This document shows, in pieces, positions 21,770 to 35,005 of a stretch of DNA of 64,000 bases. The notes beneath the pieces are model-generated. The model had not been told where the DNA came from. It searched no databases and saw only the letters and a program-made list of their open reading frames with translations. Source of the stretch: Ginglymostoma cirratum (lineage: Eukaryota). Every line of letters starts with the position of its first letter. Positions within the stretch are counted from its first letter, which is position 1. The position numbers and the translations under genes were made by a program. The stretch is taken from positions 2,046,279 through 2,110,278 of the forward strand of contig JAHRHZ010000085.1 in assembly GCA_024137785.1 (NCBI GenBank). The letters are read 5' to 3'.

Positions 21770-23650
21770 GAGATAATAGGATATGCAGATGCTGGAGAAT
21801 CCGAAATAACAGGGTGTAGAGCTGGATGAACACAGCAGGCCAAGCGGCATCATAGGAGCAGGAAATCTTGACGTTTCGGGCCGAGACCCTTCATCAGAAA
21901 TGGGGGAGGGGAAGAGGGTTCTGAAATAAATAGGGAGAGAGGGGGAGGCAGATGGAAGATGGATACAGGAGAGGATAGGTGGAGAGGAGACAGACAAGTC
22001 AAAGAGGTCTGAATGGAGCCAGTAAAGGTGGGTGTGTGGGGAGGTAGGGAGGAGATAGGTCAGTCCAGGGAGGATGGACAGGTCAAGGGGGCGGGATGAG
22101 GTTAGTAGGTAGGAAATGGAGGTGCGGCTTGAAGTGGGAGGAGGGGATAGGTGAGAGGAAGAACATGTTAGTGAAGCGGGGATGAGCTGGGCTGCTTTTG
22201 GGATGCGGTAGGGGGAGGGGGGATTTTGAAGCTTGTGAAATCCACATTGATACCATTGGGCTAACAAGCGTGGGACTGGATGAACACAGCAGGTCAAGCA
22301 GCATCATAGGAGCAGGAAACCTTGACGTTTTGGGCCTAGACCCTTCATCAGAAATGGGGGAAGGGAAGAGGGTTCTGAAATAAATAGGGAGAGAGGGGGA
22401 GGCGGATAGAGGATGGATAGAGGAGAGGATAGGTGGAGAGGAGGCAGACAAGTTGAAGAGGCGGGGATGGAACAAGTAAAGGTGAGTGTAGGTAGGGGGG
22501 TAGGGAGGAGATAGGTCAGTCCAGGGAGGATGGACAGGTCAAGGGGGCGGGATGATATTGGTAGATAGGAGATGGGGGTGGGGCTTGAGGTGGGAGGAGG
22601 GGATAGGTGAGATGAAAAACAGGTTAGGGAGGTGGAGATGAGCTGGGCTGGTTCTGGGATGTGGTTGGGGGAGGGGAGACTTTGAAGCTTGTGAAATCCA
22701 CATTGATGCCATTGGGCTGCAGGGTTCCCAGGCTGAATATGATTTGCTGTTCCTGCAGCCTTCGGGGGGGCATCACTGTGGCATTGCAGGAGGCCCAGGA
22801 TGGACATGTCCTATCTACCAACATCATCCCGCACCCCCCCCGCCCCCCGACCTGACCATCCTCCCTGGACTGACCTATCTCCTCCCTACTCCCCTACCTG
22901 CACTCACCTTTACTGGCTCCATCCCCGCCTCTTCAACTTGTCTGCCTCCTCTCCACCTATCCTCTTCTCTATCCATCCTCTATCCGCCTCCCCCTCTCTC
23001 CCTATTTATTTCAGAACCCTCTTCCCCTCCCCCATTTCTGATGAAGGGTCTAGGCCCGAAACATCAAGTTTTCCTGCTCCTATGATGCTGCTTGACCTGC
23101 TGTCTTCATCCAGCCCCACACTTGTTATCTCGGATTCTCCAGCATCTGCAGTACCTTTTATCTTTGATACCATTGGGCTGCAGGGTTCCCAAGCTGAATA
23201 TGAGTTGCGGTTCCTGCAGCCTTCAGGTGGCATCGTTGTGGCACTGCAGGAGGCCCAGGATGGACATGTCATCTGAGGAGTGGAAGGGGGAGTTGAAATG
23301 GTTCGCAACTGGGAGGTGCAGTTGTTTGTTGCAAACTGAGCGCAGGTGTTCTGCAAAGCGGTCCTCAAGCCTCCGCTTGGTTTCCCCAATGTAGAGGAGG
23401 CCACAACGGGTACAGAGGATGCAGTATACCACATTAGCAGATGTGCAGGTGAACATCTGCTTGATGTGGAAAGTCTTCTTGGGGCCTGGGCTGGGGATGA
23501 GTGGGGAGGCGTAGGGGCAGGTGTCGCACTTCCTGTGGTTGCAGGGAAAAGTGCCGGGTGTGGTGGGGCTGGAGGAGAGTGTGGAGTGGACAAGGGAGTC
23601 ACGGAAAGAGTGGTCCCTCCGGAAAGCAGACAAAGGTGAGCAGGGAAAAA
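21770..23650 (-). mobile_element. PLE family A copy (GIY-YIG and pLTR) interrupted by a nested family A insertion
   Basis: ORF 23223-23633 has CNHRKCDTC and VVYCILCTRCGLLYIGETKRRLEDRFAEH; hammerhead at 21870-21897. Confidence 0.9.
22263..23163. mobile_element. Nested palindromic PLE family A insertion
   Basis: 16-bp TSD ttgataccattgggct at 22247-22262 and 23164-23179; inverted arms. Confidence 0.88.
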
Positions 23651-24479
23651 TGTTGTTTTACTTGGGCATGAGACAGCAGTGAATAAAGTTCTACCTCCTA
23701 ATTTTGTGAATTTCTTCTTGCACGTCGGACATCAGACATCATTAACTGCATGTTTATCTTATACCAATTTTTATGTACCATTTTCACTTGTCCATTAGAT
23801 TCGTGTTCATGGTATTTAGGTATTTGATACAAAAACTCTGACGATTCCTGTCCAACACTTATTGATCTGCAACATAAACAGAAACTGCTCGATTATCACA
23901 GCAATTTTGATTTTGATTTGTATTTATTGTCACGTGTACGCAAGTGCAAAAAGTATAGGAGCACAGTGAAAACTGTATAACGTCGCCACACAAGGCACCA
24001 TCTTGGGTACCAGTATCTCGGTGCAAAATCTTAACAAGTTAGAAAGGAAAAAACAAAGCTAAAAGTTAAACATTGCAATAATTACAGCATAGCGTAAAAC
24101 ATGAAATAAGGTTCAAAGTTAAATATTGCAGATCTTCTTAGTTTTAAGTAGAAAATAAAGAAATAAAATGTTCAAACATTATGGTCTTTCTCAAGTGCTT
24201 AGCCACGGTGGAATGAAATGTCCATGTTGAGGCTATGCCAGGCTGAGAGACCATCACGTACTGTCAAAAGACCACCAGGCCTGGCTGAGTGGCTGCCACA
24301 CCAGGCCAAGAGTCTGTCATGCTGGGCCAAAAGTCAGTCACCTAGTCTGTCTTTGCTTATGATTTCCAGCATCTGTAGTTCTTTAATTTTTTTTTATCAA
24401 TTTAACTGCATTATGTGGCAACAATCAACAATTATTAGATGAATTGGAAAGTTTATTCAAAATGGAAATGACAAAAAAA

Positions 24480-25170
24480 GGTAATGAGAAGGCAGTTAGC
24501 TTGCCATTTATCAAGTTGCAAAATGCTTGTCCAGGATAAATGAGTGTCCAAACATTCGAAATAGGTAATGAAATGAAACAAGTTACCACAATATCATGAA
24601 AGAGAAATCATGCCTGGCAAATTTATTACAGTTTGTTGAAGAGGTAATAAGTAACAGAGATAAAGCAGAACCAAATGCAACACTTTTAGATTTCCCTAAA
24701 GAACTTAAAAGGCTCCTGCACATAAGGCTACTTAATAGGTAAAAGACCACAGTGCGTGTAGTATATCAAGATGGGTAAAGAATTGACTAACTGATGGCAG
24801 ACAAAGAGGCATTTTTAGGATGGAAACCTATAACTAGTGGAACACCACAGGGATAAACTCTGGGACCACAATTATTTACAATATTTGCTAATGTCTTAGA
24901 TGAAGGATGCGAATGTATTGTTGTCAATTATGAGGATGACACAAAAGGACGTGGGAAGGCAAGTACTGGTTGACATATGCGGTGCATAGAGATATATAAA
25001 CAGGTTAGTAAGTTGGCAGATATAATATTACACAGGAAAATGTCAGGTTATGCACATTTGCCAGAAGAATAGAGGAAAGCAATATTATTTAACTATTAAA
25101 AGAACGCAGGAAGCAACAGCATGGAAGGCTTTTGAATCTCTGTGCATGAATCACAGAAAGCTAGCATTTC
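24480..25170 (+). mobile_element. Old, degenerate CR1 RT fragment
   Basis: Remnants of the SCLxNL, PQG and DDTK regions. Confidence 0.6.
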
Positions 25171-25649
25171 AGCTTGCTACCTCAGGATCAATTCATGAAC
25201 CTCAATAGGTTGTTTGCAGAATAGATATAGACACTTCAGATGAGCATCCAGGTAGTGATATGGACCATGAACATTAGGTAAACTGCATATTGCTTTGACT
25301 TCTCACCTCAAGATCTAGAATATCACTGACACTCCTGTGCCATGAAACCAGCAGAATAATTTTATATTAATAACGTGTGGGAAAACATGCTAGTGATTGT
25401 ACCATTGATTCAGCTCAATGTAATTTACTGCATTCAGCCACAATTGCAAATGGTGCTCGGCTAATATGTAATAAATCAGAGGAGGGCATGCTCCTGAAAA
25501 TCCTAAACTGTGGGCTGTCCAGTGCCTTGGTGCAATGAGCGAGATAGATACATTTACAACAAGCTAAAGCCAGAATTGTCAACTGATAACCAAACTTGGC
25601 TTCCTCCTGAAGGTCGCTAAAATCCAGGATGTTGATTTTATAGCGTCCT

Positions 25650-25945
25650 AGATTCATACAGTAGTCCAGCATGGAAACAAACCCTTCAGTCCAACTCATC
25701 TGCGCTGACCAAGTATCCCAAATTGAACTAGTCCCATTTCCCTGCGTTCGGTTCATATCTGTCTACACCCTTCCATGTATCATTTAGATGCATTTTAAAT
25801 TTTATAATTCTACCCACCTCTAACAATTCTGCTGGCAGCTCATTCCATACACTCATCATCCACGGTGTGAAAAGGTTGCCCATCAGATCACTTTTAGATC
25901 TATTCCCTCTCACCTTCAAACTATGCTCTCTAGCTTTGGACAATA
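25650..25945 (-). mobile_element. CR1 3' end
   Basis: HSLKVRG...WNELPAE peptide. Confidence 0.8.
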
Positions 25946-27169
25946 GTCAGATCTCTTTTATTGTGGATTTTTTTTTTTGTCTGGCATTTGTGCGGAGCAA
26001 ATGTTACTTTCCAATTTTCTGACCAAGTCTGGATATTATCCAGGTCTTATTGCATTTGGACATGGCCTGCTTCAGTATCTGAAGATTCATGAATGAACAT
26101 TTTGAGCATTTTGTAAAGATCGATGAACATCCCAATTTCTGATCTTAAGATGATGGGAAGGTCATTGATGAAGCTGCTGAAGATGATTGGGCCTAAGGCA
26201 CTACCCTGAGGAATTTCAGCTGAGAAGTCCTGGATCTGAAATAACTCAGGTCCAACAACCACAACCACTTTCCCTTGTGCCAATTACAGCACCAACAAGT
26301 GGAGAGTTTACCCCCAATTCCCATTTACTCCAGTTTTGCTCTGGCTTCTCGATGCCACACTTGGTAAAATGCAGCTTCGATGTCAAGGGCTATCCCTCTC
26401 ACTTCACCTCTGGAGTTCAGCCCTTTTGTCAATGTTTGAACCAAAGCTGCAATGAGGTCAGGAGCTGGGTGACCCTGGCGGAACCTAAACTGGGTGTCAG
26501 TGAGCAGGTTATTGCTGAGCAGGGGCTGCTTGGTAGCATTGTAGCTGACGCCTTCCATCACATTACTGATGATTGAGGCATTTTGAAGTGACCCTTAGAT
26601 AGGTTGTATTTATCCAGCTCTTTATGCACAGGACAAACCTGGACAATATTTCATATTGTTGGGTATATGGAGCTGTGCTCAGAGAGCTTGGTCAAAATGC
26701 AGCAAGTTCTCAATTATACATCTTTAGCACTATTATTTAGTGTTGACAGGGCTTTTTCAGTATCCTCTAGTAATTTTTTGATATCCTGTGAATGAAATGA
26801 ATTAGTTGAAGACTGCTGTCTGTGATGCTGGGGACCTCTGAAGGAGGCCAAGACGGATCATCCACTCTGCAATTCTGGCAGAACATCACTGCAAATGCTT
26901 CGGCTATATCTTTTGCACTGGTGAATTGGGCTCCCCCACCATTGAGGATGGGTATTTTCATGGAGCCTCCTCCTCCGGTGAGTTTCTAATTGTCCACCAC
27001 CATTCACGACCAGATGTGGCAGGACTGCCCAGCTTAGATTTGATCTGTTGGTTGTGGAATCACTTAGCTCTGTCTATGACTCACTGCTTATGCTGTTTGG
27101 CACACATGTTTCGTTAACAGTTCTCTTATGGCTAGGCCGGGTGCTGTTCTTCTCATAGTTTCAGTGAAC

Positions 27170-28863
27170 TGAGGAGAGGGACATGATGAATGTTGAGATT
27201 AGAGATAGAAGTTTGTTTACTCTGGATCATGTTGACATAAGGAGGGAAGATGTGTTGGGTAGGCTAAAGGATATTAAGGTGGACAAATCCCCAGGACCGG
27301 ATGGGATCTATCCGAGGATGCTGAGGGAGGTGAGAGAGGAAATAGCTGGGGCCCTGACAGATATCTTTGTAGCATCCTTAAACACAGGTGAAGTGCCCGA
27401 GGACTGGAGAGTTGCTAATGTTGTCCCCCTGTACAAGAGGGGAGTAGGGATATTCCAAGTAACTACAGACCAGTAAGCCTGACGTCAGTGGTGGGAAAGT
27501 TGCTGGAGAAGGTACTGAGGGATAGAATCTATTTATATTTGGAAAATAATGGGCTTATCAGTGATCGGCAACATGGTTTTGTGCAGGGGAGATCATGCCT
27601 CACTAACTTAATAGAGTTCTTTGAGGAAGTGACCAAGTTGATAGATGAAGGAAGGGCTGTAGATGTCATCTACATGGACTTTAGTAAGGCGTTTGATAAG
27701 GTTCCCCATCGTAAACTAATGGAGAAAGTGAAGTCACATGGTGTGCAGGGTGTTCTAGCTAGGTGGATAAAGAACTGGTTGAGCAACAGGAGACAGAGAG
27801 TAGTAGTTGAAGGGAGTTTCTCGAAATGGAGAAAGGTGACCAGTGGTGTTCCACAGGGATCAGTGCTGGGGCCACTGTTGTTTGTGATATACATAAATGA
27901 TCTGGAAGAGGGCATAAGTGGTCTGATCAGTAAGTTTACAGATGACACGAAGATTGGGGGAGTAGCAGAAAGCATAGGGGATTGTCAAAGAATACAGGAG
28001 AATATAGATAGACTGGAGAGTTGGGCGGAGAAGTGGCAGATGGAGTTCAATCTGGGCAAGTGTGAGGTGATGCATTTTGGGAGGTCTAATTCTAGAGCAA
28101 ACTATACTGTAAACGGAAGAGCCTTGGGAAAAGTTGATGAGCAGAGAGATCTGGGAGTTCAGGTCCATTGTACCCTGAAGGTGGCTGCACAGGTGGATAG
28201 AGTGGTCAAGAAGGCATATGGTATGCTTGCCTTCATCGGACGGGGTATTGAGTATAAGAGCTGGCAGGTCATGTTAAAATTGTACAAGACTTTGGTTCGG
28301 CCGCATTTAGAATACTGTGTACAGTTCTGGTCGCCACATTACCAAAAGGATGTGGAAGCTTTGGAGAGGGTACAGAGAAGGTTTACGAGGATGTTGCCTG
28401 GTATGGAAGGTGCTAGCTATGAAGAGAGGTTGAGTAGGTTAGGATTGTTTTCATTAGAAAAAAGGAGATTGAGGGGGGACCAGATTGAGGTCTTCAAAAT
28501 CATGAAGGGTATAGACAGGGTTGATAGAGATAAGCTTTTTCCCAGGGTGAGGGATTCAATAATGAGGGGTCACGCATTCAAGGTGAGAGGAGAAAAGTTT
28601 AAGGGGGATACACGCTGAAAGTACTTTACACAGAGGGTGGTAGGTGCCTGGAACGCGTTGCCAGCAGAGGTAATAGAGGCAGGCACAGTAGATTCATTTA
28701 AGGTGCGTCTGGACAGATGCATGAGTAGGTGGGGAGCAGAGGGATACAGATCCTTAGGAATTGGGCGATAGGTTTCGACAGTGGATTTGGATCGGCACAG
28801 GCTTGGAGGGCCGAAGGGCCTGTTCCTGGGCTGTAAGTTTTCTTTGTTCTTTGTTCTTTGTTC
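27170..28863 (+). mobile_element. Young CR1 LINE with near-intact RT
   Basis: 376-aa ORF with QHGF, DFSKAFD, GVPQGSVLGP, YINDL and FTDDTK; KSPGPDG upstream; one frameshift and one nonsense codon; (ttctttg)n tail. Confidence 0.96.
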
Positions 28864-29633
28864 ATTTTCCATTGTATTAGGTTGATCCCCTGGCTTGGTG
28901 GTAACGGTTGAATGGGGAATATGCCAGGCTATGGAGGTTACAGATTGCACTGGAGTACAATTGTGCTGCTGTTGATGGCCCATAGCACATCATGGATGTC
29001 CAGACTTGAGTTGCTAGTCATGTTTGAAGTCTGTCCAATTTCGGACAACGATAGTGCCACAAAACACATTGGATAGTATTCTCAACATGAAGGCAAACCT
29101 TCGTCTCCTCAAGGACTGTGCAGTCATCCATCTCACTGATACTGTCATGACAGATGTATCTACAATGAGCAAATTGGGCAGGATCAGTTGAAAGGTTTTC
29201 CCCCTCTTTTTAGTTCCCTCACAATCTGCCGCAGACCCAGTCTAGCAGTTATGTCCTTTTGGACCAGATCAGCTTGATCAATAGTGCTGCTGCTGAGCCA
29301 CACTTGGAGATAGACATTGAACTCCCCCACCCAGAGTACATTTTGTGCCCTTGCCACCCTTTGTGTTCACCCAAATTTTTTTTTAACATGGAGTAATACT
29401 GATTCTTCAACTGAGGAAAAACGGTACATGGTAGTCAGCAGCAGATTTCCATGCCCATGTTTGACCTTGTGCCATGGAATGCCATGGTGTCTGGAGTCAA
29501 TGTTGAGGACTCTGGGGCAACTCCATGTCAACTGTGTACCACTGTGCTATCATCTCTGCTGGGTCCATCCAACTAGTTCTGGGATGGTGATGGTGGTGCC
29601 TCAGGACATCATCTGTAAGGTATGATTTCATGA

Positions 29634-30301
29634 GTGTGTGAGTCTGTAATTAAGAAAGTGAATGGAATGTTGTCATTTATCTCAAGAGGGTTGGAATATA
29701 AAAGCATTGATGTGCTTCTGAGACTTTATAAAGCTCTAGTTAGGCCCCATTTAGAATACTGTGTCCAATTTTGGGCCCCACACCTCAGGAAGGACACACT
29801 GGCACTGGAGCGTGTCCAGCGGAGATTCACACGGATGATCCCTGGAATGGTAGGCCTAACATACGATGAAAGGCTGAGGATCCCGGGATTGTCTTCATTA
29901 CAGTTTAGAAGGTTGAGGGAAGATCTAATAGAAACTTACAAGATAATGCATGGCTTAGAAAGGGTGGACGCTGGGAAGTTGTTTCCGTTAGGTGGGGATA
30001 CTAGGACCCGTGGGCACAGCCTTAGAATTAGAGGGGGTCAATTTAGAACGGAAATGAGGAGACAGTTCTTCAGCCAGAGAGTGGTGGGCCTGTGGAATTC
30101 ATTGCCATGGAGCGCAGTGGAAGCCGGGACGTTGAATGTCTTCAAGGCAGATTGATAAATTCTTGATCTCGCAAGGAATCAAGGGCTACGGGGAGAGTGC
30201 GGGTAAGTGGAGTTGAAATGCCCATCAGCCATGATTCAATGGTGGAGTGGACTCGATGGGCCGAATGGCCTTACTCCCACTCCTATGTCTTATGGTCTTA
30301 T
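29634..30301 (+). mobile_element. CR1 3' fragment of a second subfamily
   Basis: 173-aa ORF RPHLEYCVQFWAP...; (tatggtct)n-like tail. Confidence 0.92.
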
Positions 30302-30774
30302 GTCAGCATGTTGCTTGACCAATCTGTGAGACAACTTTCCCAATTTTGGCATTGGTCCCCAGATGTTAGTGAGGAGGATTTTGCAGAGTCAGCAGTTTGC
30401 TGTTGTTGTTTCTGATGCCTAGGATAATATCATGTGGTCCATCTGGTTTCCTTTCAATTTTGAGATTTTCAGGCAATTGTTACAACTGAGTATAGGTTAT
30501 TTCAGAGGGCACTTAAGAGCCACTACATTGCTGTGGATTTGAAGTCACATATAGGCCAGACCGTGTAAGGATGACAGATTTTTTTCCCTCATCAACATTA
30601 GTTAACCAGATGGGGTTTCAAACCAACAGTCAACAATGATTTCATGGTTATCATTAAATTCTTAATATTGAATTCAAATCCATCATTTGCCATGGCAGGA
30701 TTCAAACCCAGATCCTGGAAAATTTCCTGAGTTTCTGCATCAATAGTCTAACAATAATACTACTTGTCCAGCCA

Positions 30775-31085
30775 ATATCGTCAAAGATCCCTCCCACCCC
30801 AGTTATATCCTCTTCCATTCTCTTCCATCGGGCAGAAGATACAAAAGTTTGAAAACACATACCAACAGATTCAAGACCAGCTTCTTCCTTGCTGTTTTCA
30901 GACTTCTGAATGAACCTCTTATACATTAAAGTTAATCCCTCTCTCTGGCTTTTCTGTAGCTGTAATACAATATTCTGGATTTTGTTCTGTTACCCTGATA
31001 CACTAATGTAATGCGCAATTTGCCTGGATAGCACACAAAGTAGTGTTTGTTTATTGTATTTCAGCACATGTGAGAATAGTAAAAC
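30775..31085 (+). mobile_element. Rex1/Babar-type LINE 3' end
   Basis: Translates DPSHP...LPSGRRYKSLKTHTNRFKTSFF.AVFRLLN. Confidence 0.75.
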
Positions 31086-31104
31086 AGTAAAATAATAAAT
31101 TAAA

Positions 31105-31560
31105 ACAAATTACTCTCTCTCTCTTTTCCCTCTCACTCACAATTCTTTCTCTCTCGTTCTCTCTCTGCTTTGGCTTCACCTCTCTCTATCCCTCGCATTC
31201 TTTTTTCAATGCCATCAGTTTGCCTCTGGTGCATGCTCCTGCTCTGAGGAATTCAGTCTAAAGTTGGGATTTGATGTGAGGGTTGGAAAACAACTTGCCT
31301 TTCAGCCTTGGATTTTCTCCTCTCTTCGCTTGCTTTATGCATTGTGTTATAAGGAGAAGTGGAAAGGAATGTCTTTCCAGCTCGCAGTTAGCATCACACA
31401 CATCCCCTCTCCAGTACCCTCTCTCTCTCTCCATCTCCCATCCACACACATTCTCCTCCTCAGCACACTCTCTGTCCCTCTTTTCCTCTTGTATATACTC
31501 ACACTCTCTCCTTCCTACATAGTTTTCTTCATCATATGACACAATCTCACTCTTTTCTGT
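31105..31560. repeat. CT-rich low-complexity tract
   Basis: Degenerate (CT)n sequence. Confidence 0.7.
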
Positions 31561-31869
31561 TCCTCATGGCTTCCCTCCAGCCTCGTACCCAAAAACTAAA
31601 TGCTTGTGTTGAAGTCTTCATTGTGCTTTAATCCCACCTGCTCTCACTTCCAGATTCCATAGGATACTTGGGGAGGTGGGATGAAGAGGAATGTGGATTT
31701 GCCCAGAATGCTCTCTTGCTGCCTTTACTTTGCCTCATGGAATTCCTGGACCACACAGGCTATTGTCACAGAGTTATAGAGCATGGAATCAGACCTTTAG
31801 TCCAACTAATCATGCTGACCATGCTCCCAAACTAAACTTGTTGCAGTTGCCTGCATTTGGTCACATGTA

Positions 31870-32245
31870 TACGTTTTAAACTGAATGGCTGTAACACTAA
31901 ACATTTAAACAGCCCAGTATATTTACCTTTCCATTTTTCCAAAAACATTAATGGATCATGATCAGCATATGCAATTGTCTCAGATACATTACTGACAACA
32001 TAAATGTTGAAATGTTGCAATGCCAACACCAAATTCAATGTCTCCTTCTCAATTGTGGAATATTTCTGTTGATTATTTAACTTTCTGGAAAAATACCCAA
32101 TAGGTCCATTTATCTTCTTGTCATCTTCATGCAAGAGTACAGCTCTGATAGCCACATCACTCGCATCAAAAGCCACCTTGAATAGTTTTCCATAATTAGG
32201 TATATCTAACAATGGGGCAGTGGTTAACAGAGCTTTCAGTATCCT
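31870..32245 (-). mobile_element. Ty3/Gypsy pol RNase H fragment
   Basis: LLTTAPLLDIP..FKVAFDASDVAIRAVL...IGYFSRKL...YSTIEKETL...ADHDPL. Confidence 0.88.
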
Positions 32246-32278
32246 TTATTCATTCAGGAACTACATCCTATTTAATGT

Positions 32279-32680
32279 TGTATCAGAGATAAAAGGTACT
32301 GCAGATGCTGGAGAATCCGAGATAACAAGCATGGGGCTGGATGAACACAGCAGGTCAAGCAGCATCATAGGAGCAGGAAAACTTGACGTTTCGGGCCGCA
32401 ACCCTTCATCAGAAATGGGGGAGGGGAAGAGGGTTCTGAAATAAATAGGGAGAGAGGGGGAGGCGGATAGAGGAGAGGATAGGTGGAGAGGAGGCAGACA
32501 AGTTGAAGAGGCGGGGATGGAGCCAGTAAAGGTGAGTGTAGGTAGGGGGGTAGGAAGGAGATAGGTCAGTCCAGGGAGGATGGACAGGTCAAGGGGGCGG
32601 GATGATGTTAGTAGATAGGAGATGGGGGTGTGGCTTGAGGTGAGAGGAAAAACAGGTGTTCATCCAGCCCCATGCTTGTT
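32279..32680. mobile_element. PLE family A insertion with a short inverted terminus
   Basis: 14-bp TSD atcctatttaatgt at 32265-32278 and 32681-32694; hammerhead at 32385-32412 (-). Confidence 0.88.
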
Positions 32681-32771
32681 ATCCTATTTAATGTACCTGG
32701 TTGAAACAAAAGGTAAGTCACTCGATGGCACAGCTTGTTTCCAGTCTGACCAATGGCATGTTTATCTAACA

Positions 32772-32935
32772 TAACACAGTGTGGAGCTGGAGGTACACAG
32801 CAGGCCAGGCACCATCAGAGGAACAGGAAAGCTGATGTTTTGGGTCGGGACCTTGTGCTGTCTGGTCTGCTGTGTACCTCCAGCTCCACACTGCATTATC
32901 TCAGACTTCAGCATCGGCAGTTCTTACTATCTCCG
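32772..32935. mobile_element. Older palindromic PLE family A-related insertion
   Basis: TSD tgtttatct(a/g)aca at 32759-32771 and 32936-32948; inverted arms. Confidence 0.75.
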
Positions 32936-33553
32936 TGTTTATCTGACACACTTGTTGCTTGTAGACTCCCTGCTGTGCCTACCAGAAGAAAATGTTAGGA
33001 GGAAACAGGCTGCGATTGGCTGAGGAGTTGTACAGCAATTTTCAAATTAACATCCTTTTTTGTTCATCTGTGTATCTTTGGCAGGAGCTCACATGCTACA
33101 TACCCACCCTAGACAGGTTGCATTGTCGCACTTGGGTTTCATGTTCTGGGTGACTGCCTTTCACCACAAGTCACCACTTGCATGAATCATTCTTCACCAA
33201 ACTGGAGAAAAGTTGAAGTTAATGGGTATCATGGGCCTTAATTTTCATATGCTCAGTTTGGTTTCCTTCATTTCAGTTACAGAGAAGTGAGCTGTTACTG
33301 TTTGATGCCGTTGAAAGTAACAATGCTCAGCCTTGTTTTAATTCACTCATATCACATTAATGAATGGATCCATGGAAATTTCATGGAGAGATATGAGGTA
33401 GCTATTCCACCATCAGTTATGTTCAATTTGTTATTCATTTGGAAAGGAAGATGAGAGAAAAAGAAAGAAACGTGATGTAATGCCTTCTCCTTTCTTTGCC
33501 TGAGCACCAGGTATTTTCACTCATTGCATCTGCTCTCTATTGTTCTTAAATTC

Positions 33554-34535
33554 AAAGTCAGAAAACACATGACACCAGGGTATAGTCCAACAGGATAATT
33601 GGAAAACACAAGTTTTTAGAGCCTCACTCCTTCTTCAGGTGTATATTGGTGAGACCATGCAGATGCTATGACGGATGAATGGACACCTGTCAACAATCGC
33701 TGGACAGAAATGTTCCCTCCCAGTGAGGGATAACTTCAGTGGTCAAGGCCTCGGATCTTTGGGTAAATGTCATCGAAGGTGGACTTCGAGATACACAACT
33801 GCGCAGAGTCACCAAGCAGAGCCAAGCTCGGTACCCATGAGGACAGCCTCAACCAGGATCTTGAGTTCATGTCACACTACAGGTGACCCCACCACACTGT
33901 ATACTCTCACATACACACACACTCTCTCTCTCTCTCTCTCTCTCTCACTCACACACACACACACACACACACACGCTGTCTCTGCCTCACACACACAAAT
34001 GTAAATCTGTGGGGTGAATTTGTATTTGCAGATACATTCTATTTTGTTTAAAAAGGACACAATCTATAGACAGTCAGTCAATGTGGCATTTTATAAATTC
34101 CTACTTTAGAAATGTAACCAGTCTGACTCCAAACCAAAACACAAACAGATCCTAAACAAGGCCTCACACCTAACATGCAATGTCTGACCTAAAATGTCAT
34201 CTCTTCGTAACACTGATAAAGCCTTTTGCTTTCTCAGGGCAGTGCCTTGAAAGGCATCTGGGGATTTACATATACATATTAATCAATTAAAACCTTCTAA
34301 CTGATTAATGATTTAACAACATGTGGGGTTTGTCTAATACATCCTCATCAGTGGTGTGACCCTTTGATCTTTTACTTATAAATTGTGTGTCTGATACAAC
34401 CTCTCTCACTAACACCTGAAGAAGGAGTGTGGCTCTGAAAGATTGTGTTTTCAACCAAACCTGTTGGACTATAACCTGTTGTCATGTGATTTCTGACCTT
34501 GTCCATCACAGTCCAACACTGGCACCTCCACATCA
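33554..34535 (+). mobile_element. PLE family C copy with inverted 5' pLTR, GIY-YIG remnant and microsatellite
   Basis: Inverted terminal segments; YIGET...RMNGH remnant; hammerhead-like motif at 34416-34444; TSD ttcttaaattc at 33543-33553 and 34536-34546. Confidence 0.78.
33905..33997. repeat. (CT)n(CA)n microsatellite
   Basis: Seen directly. Confidence 0.95.
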
Positions 34536-34902
34536 TTCTTAAATTCCAATCAAATATTATAAACTAATAGAAATTGTCAATGCTAAGTGACCTATTAACT
34601 TGTGAGAAAAATTCTCTTCAATCCATAGTTGGGTTCTGGTGTACAAGTTGCCCAATGTGAGATATTTGCATGAAATAATTCTTAATAGTGCACTCATTTC
34701 CATGAAAAACTGATACAGTTATATTGCATTTGTAAGAAAAGCGAAAAATGCTCCTGATCTATTGAAACATATTCTGCAGGTGGATTGTAGGTGTGACCTG
34801 TTTCACAGAATAGGTAACTTAATATTAATGCTTCCAATGAAATCCAGTCAATTAACATTTTATTTTTTCATTTGCCGAGCTGAAAAATAATTATTTATGA
34901 GG

Positions 34903-35005
34903 TTCTGAGGAAGGGTCACCGGAACCGAAACGTTAATTCTGATTTCTCTCCACAGATGCTGCCAGACCTACTGAGCTTTCCCAGCAATTTTTGTTTTTGT
35001 TTGTG
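34903..35005 (+). mobile_element. PLE family B pLTR fragment with hammerhead at 34905-34934
   Basis: CTGAGGA aGGGTC-accg-GAACC GAAAC GTT. Confidence 0.75.

Larger units (their letters stand above)
25980..30740 (-). mobile_element. Old CR1/L2-group LINE, fragmented by two younger CR1 insertions
   Basis: PQGSALGPIIFSSFINDLP, QFRFRQGH and ALDIEAAF RT remnants; the element resumes at about 28870-29630 and 30300-30740. Confidence 0.75.

Noticed and set aside
21767-23276. Pro/Ser-rich overlapping ORFs
   Set aside because: Incidental translations of the pyrimidine-rich PLE pLTR.
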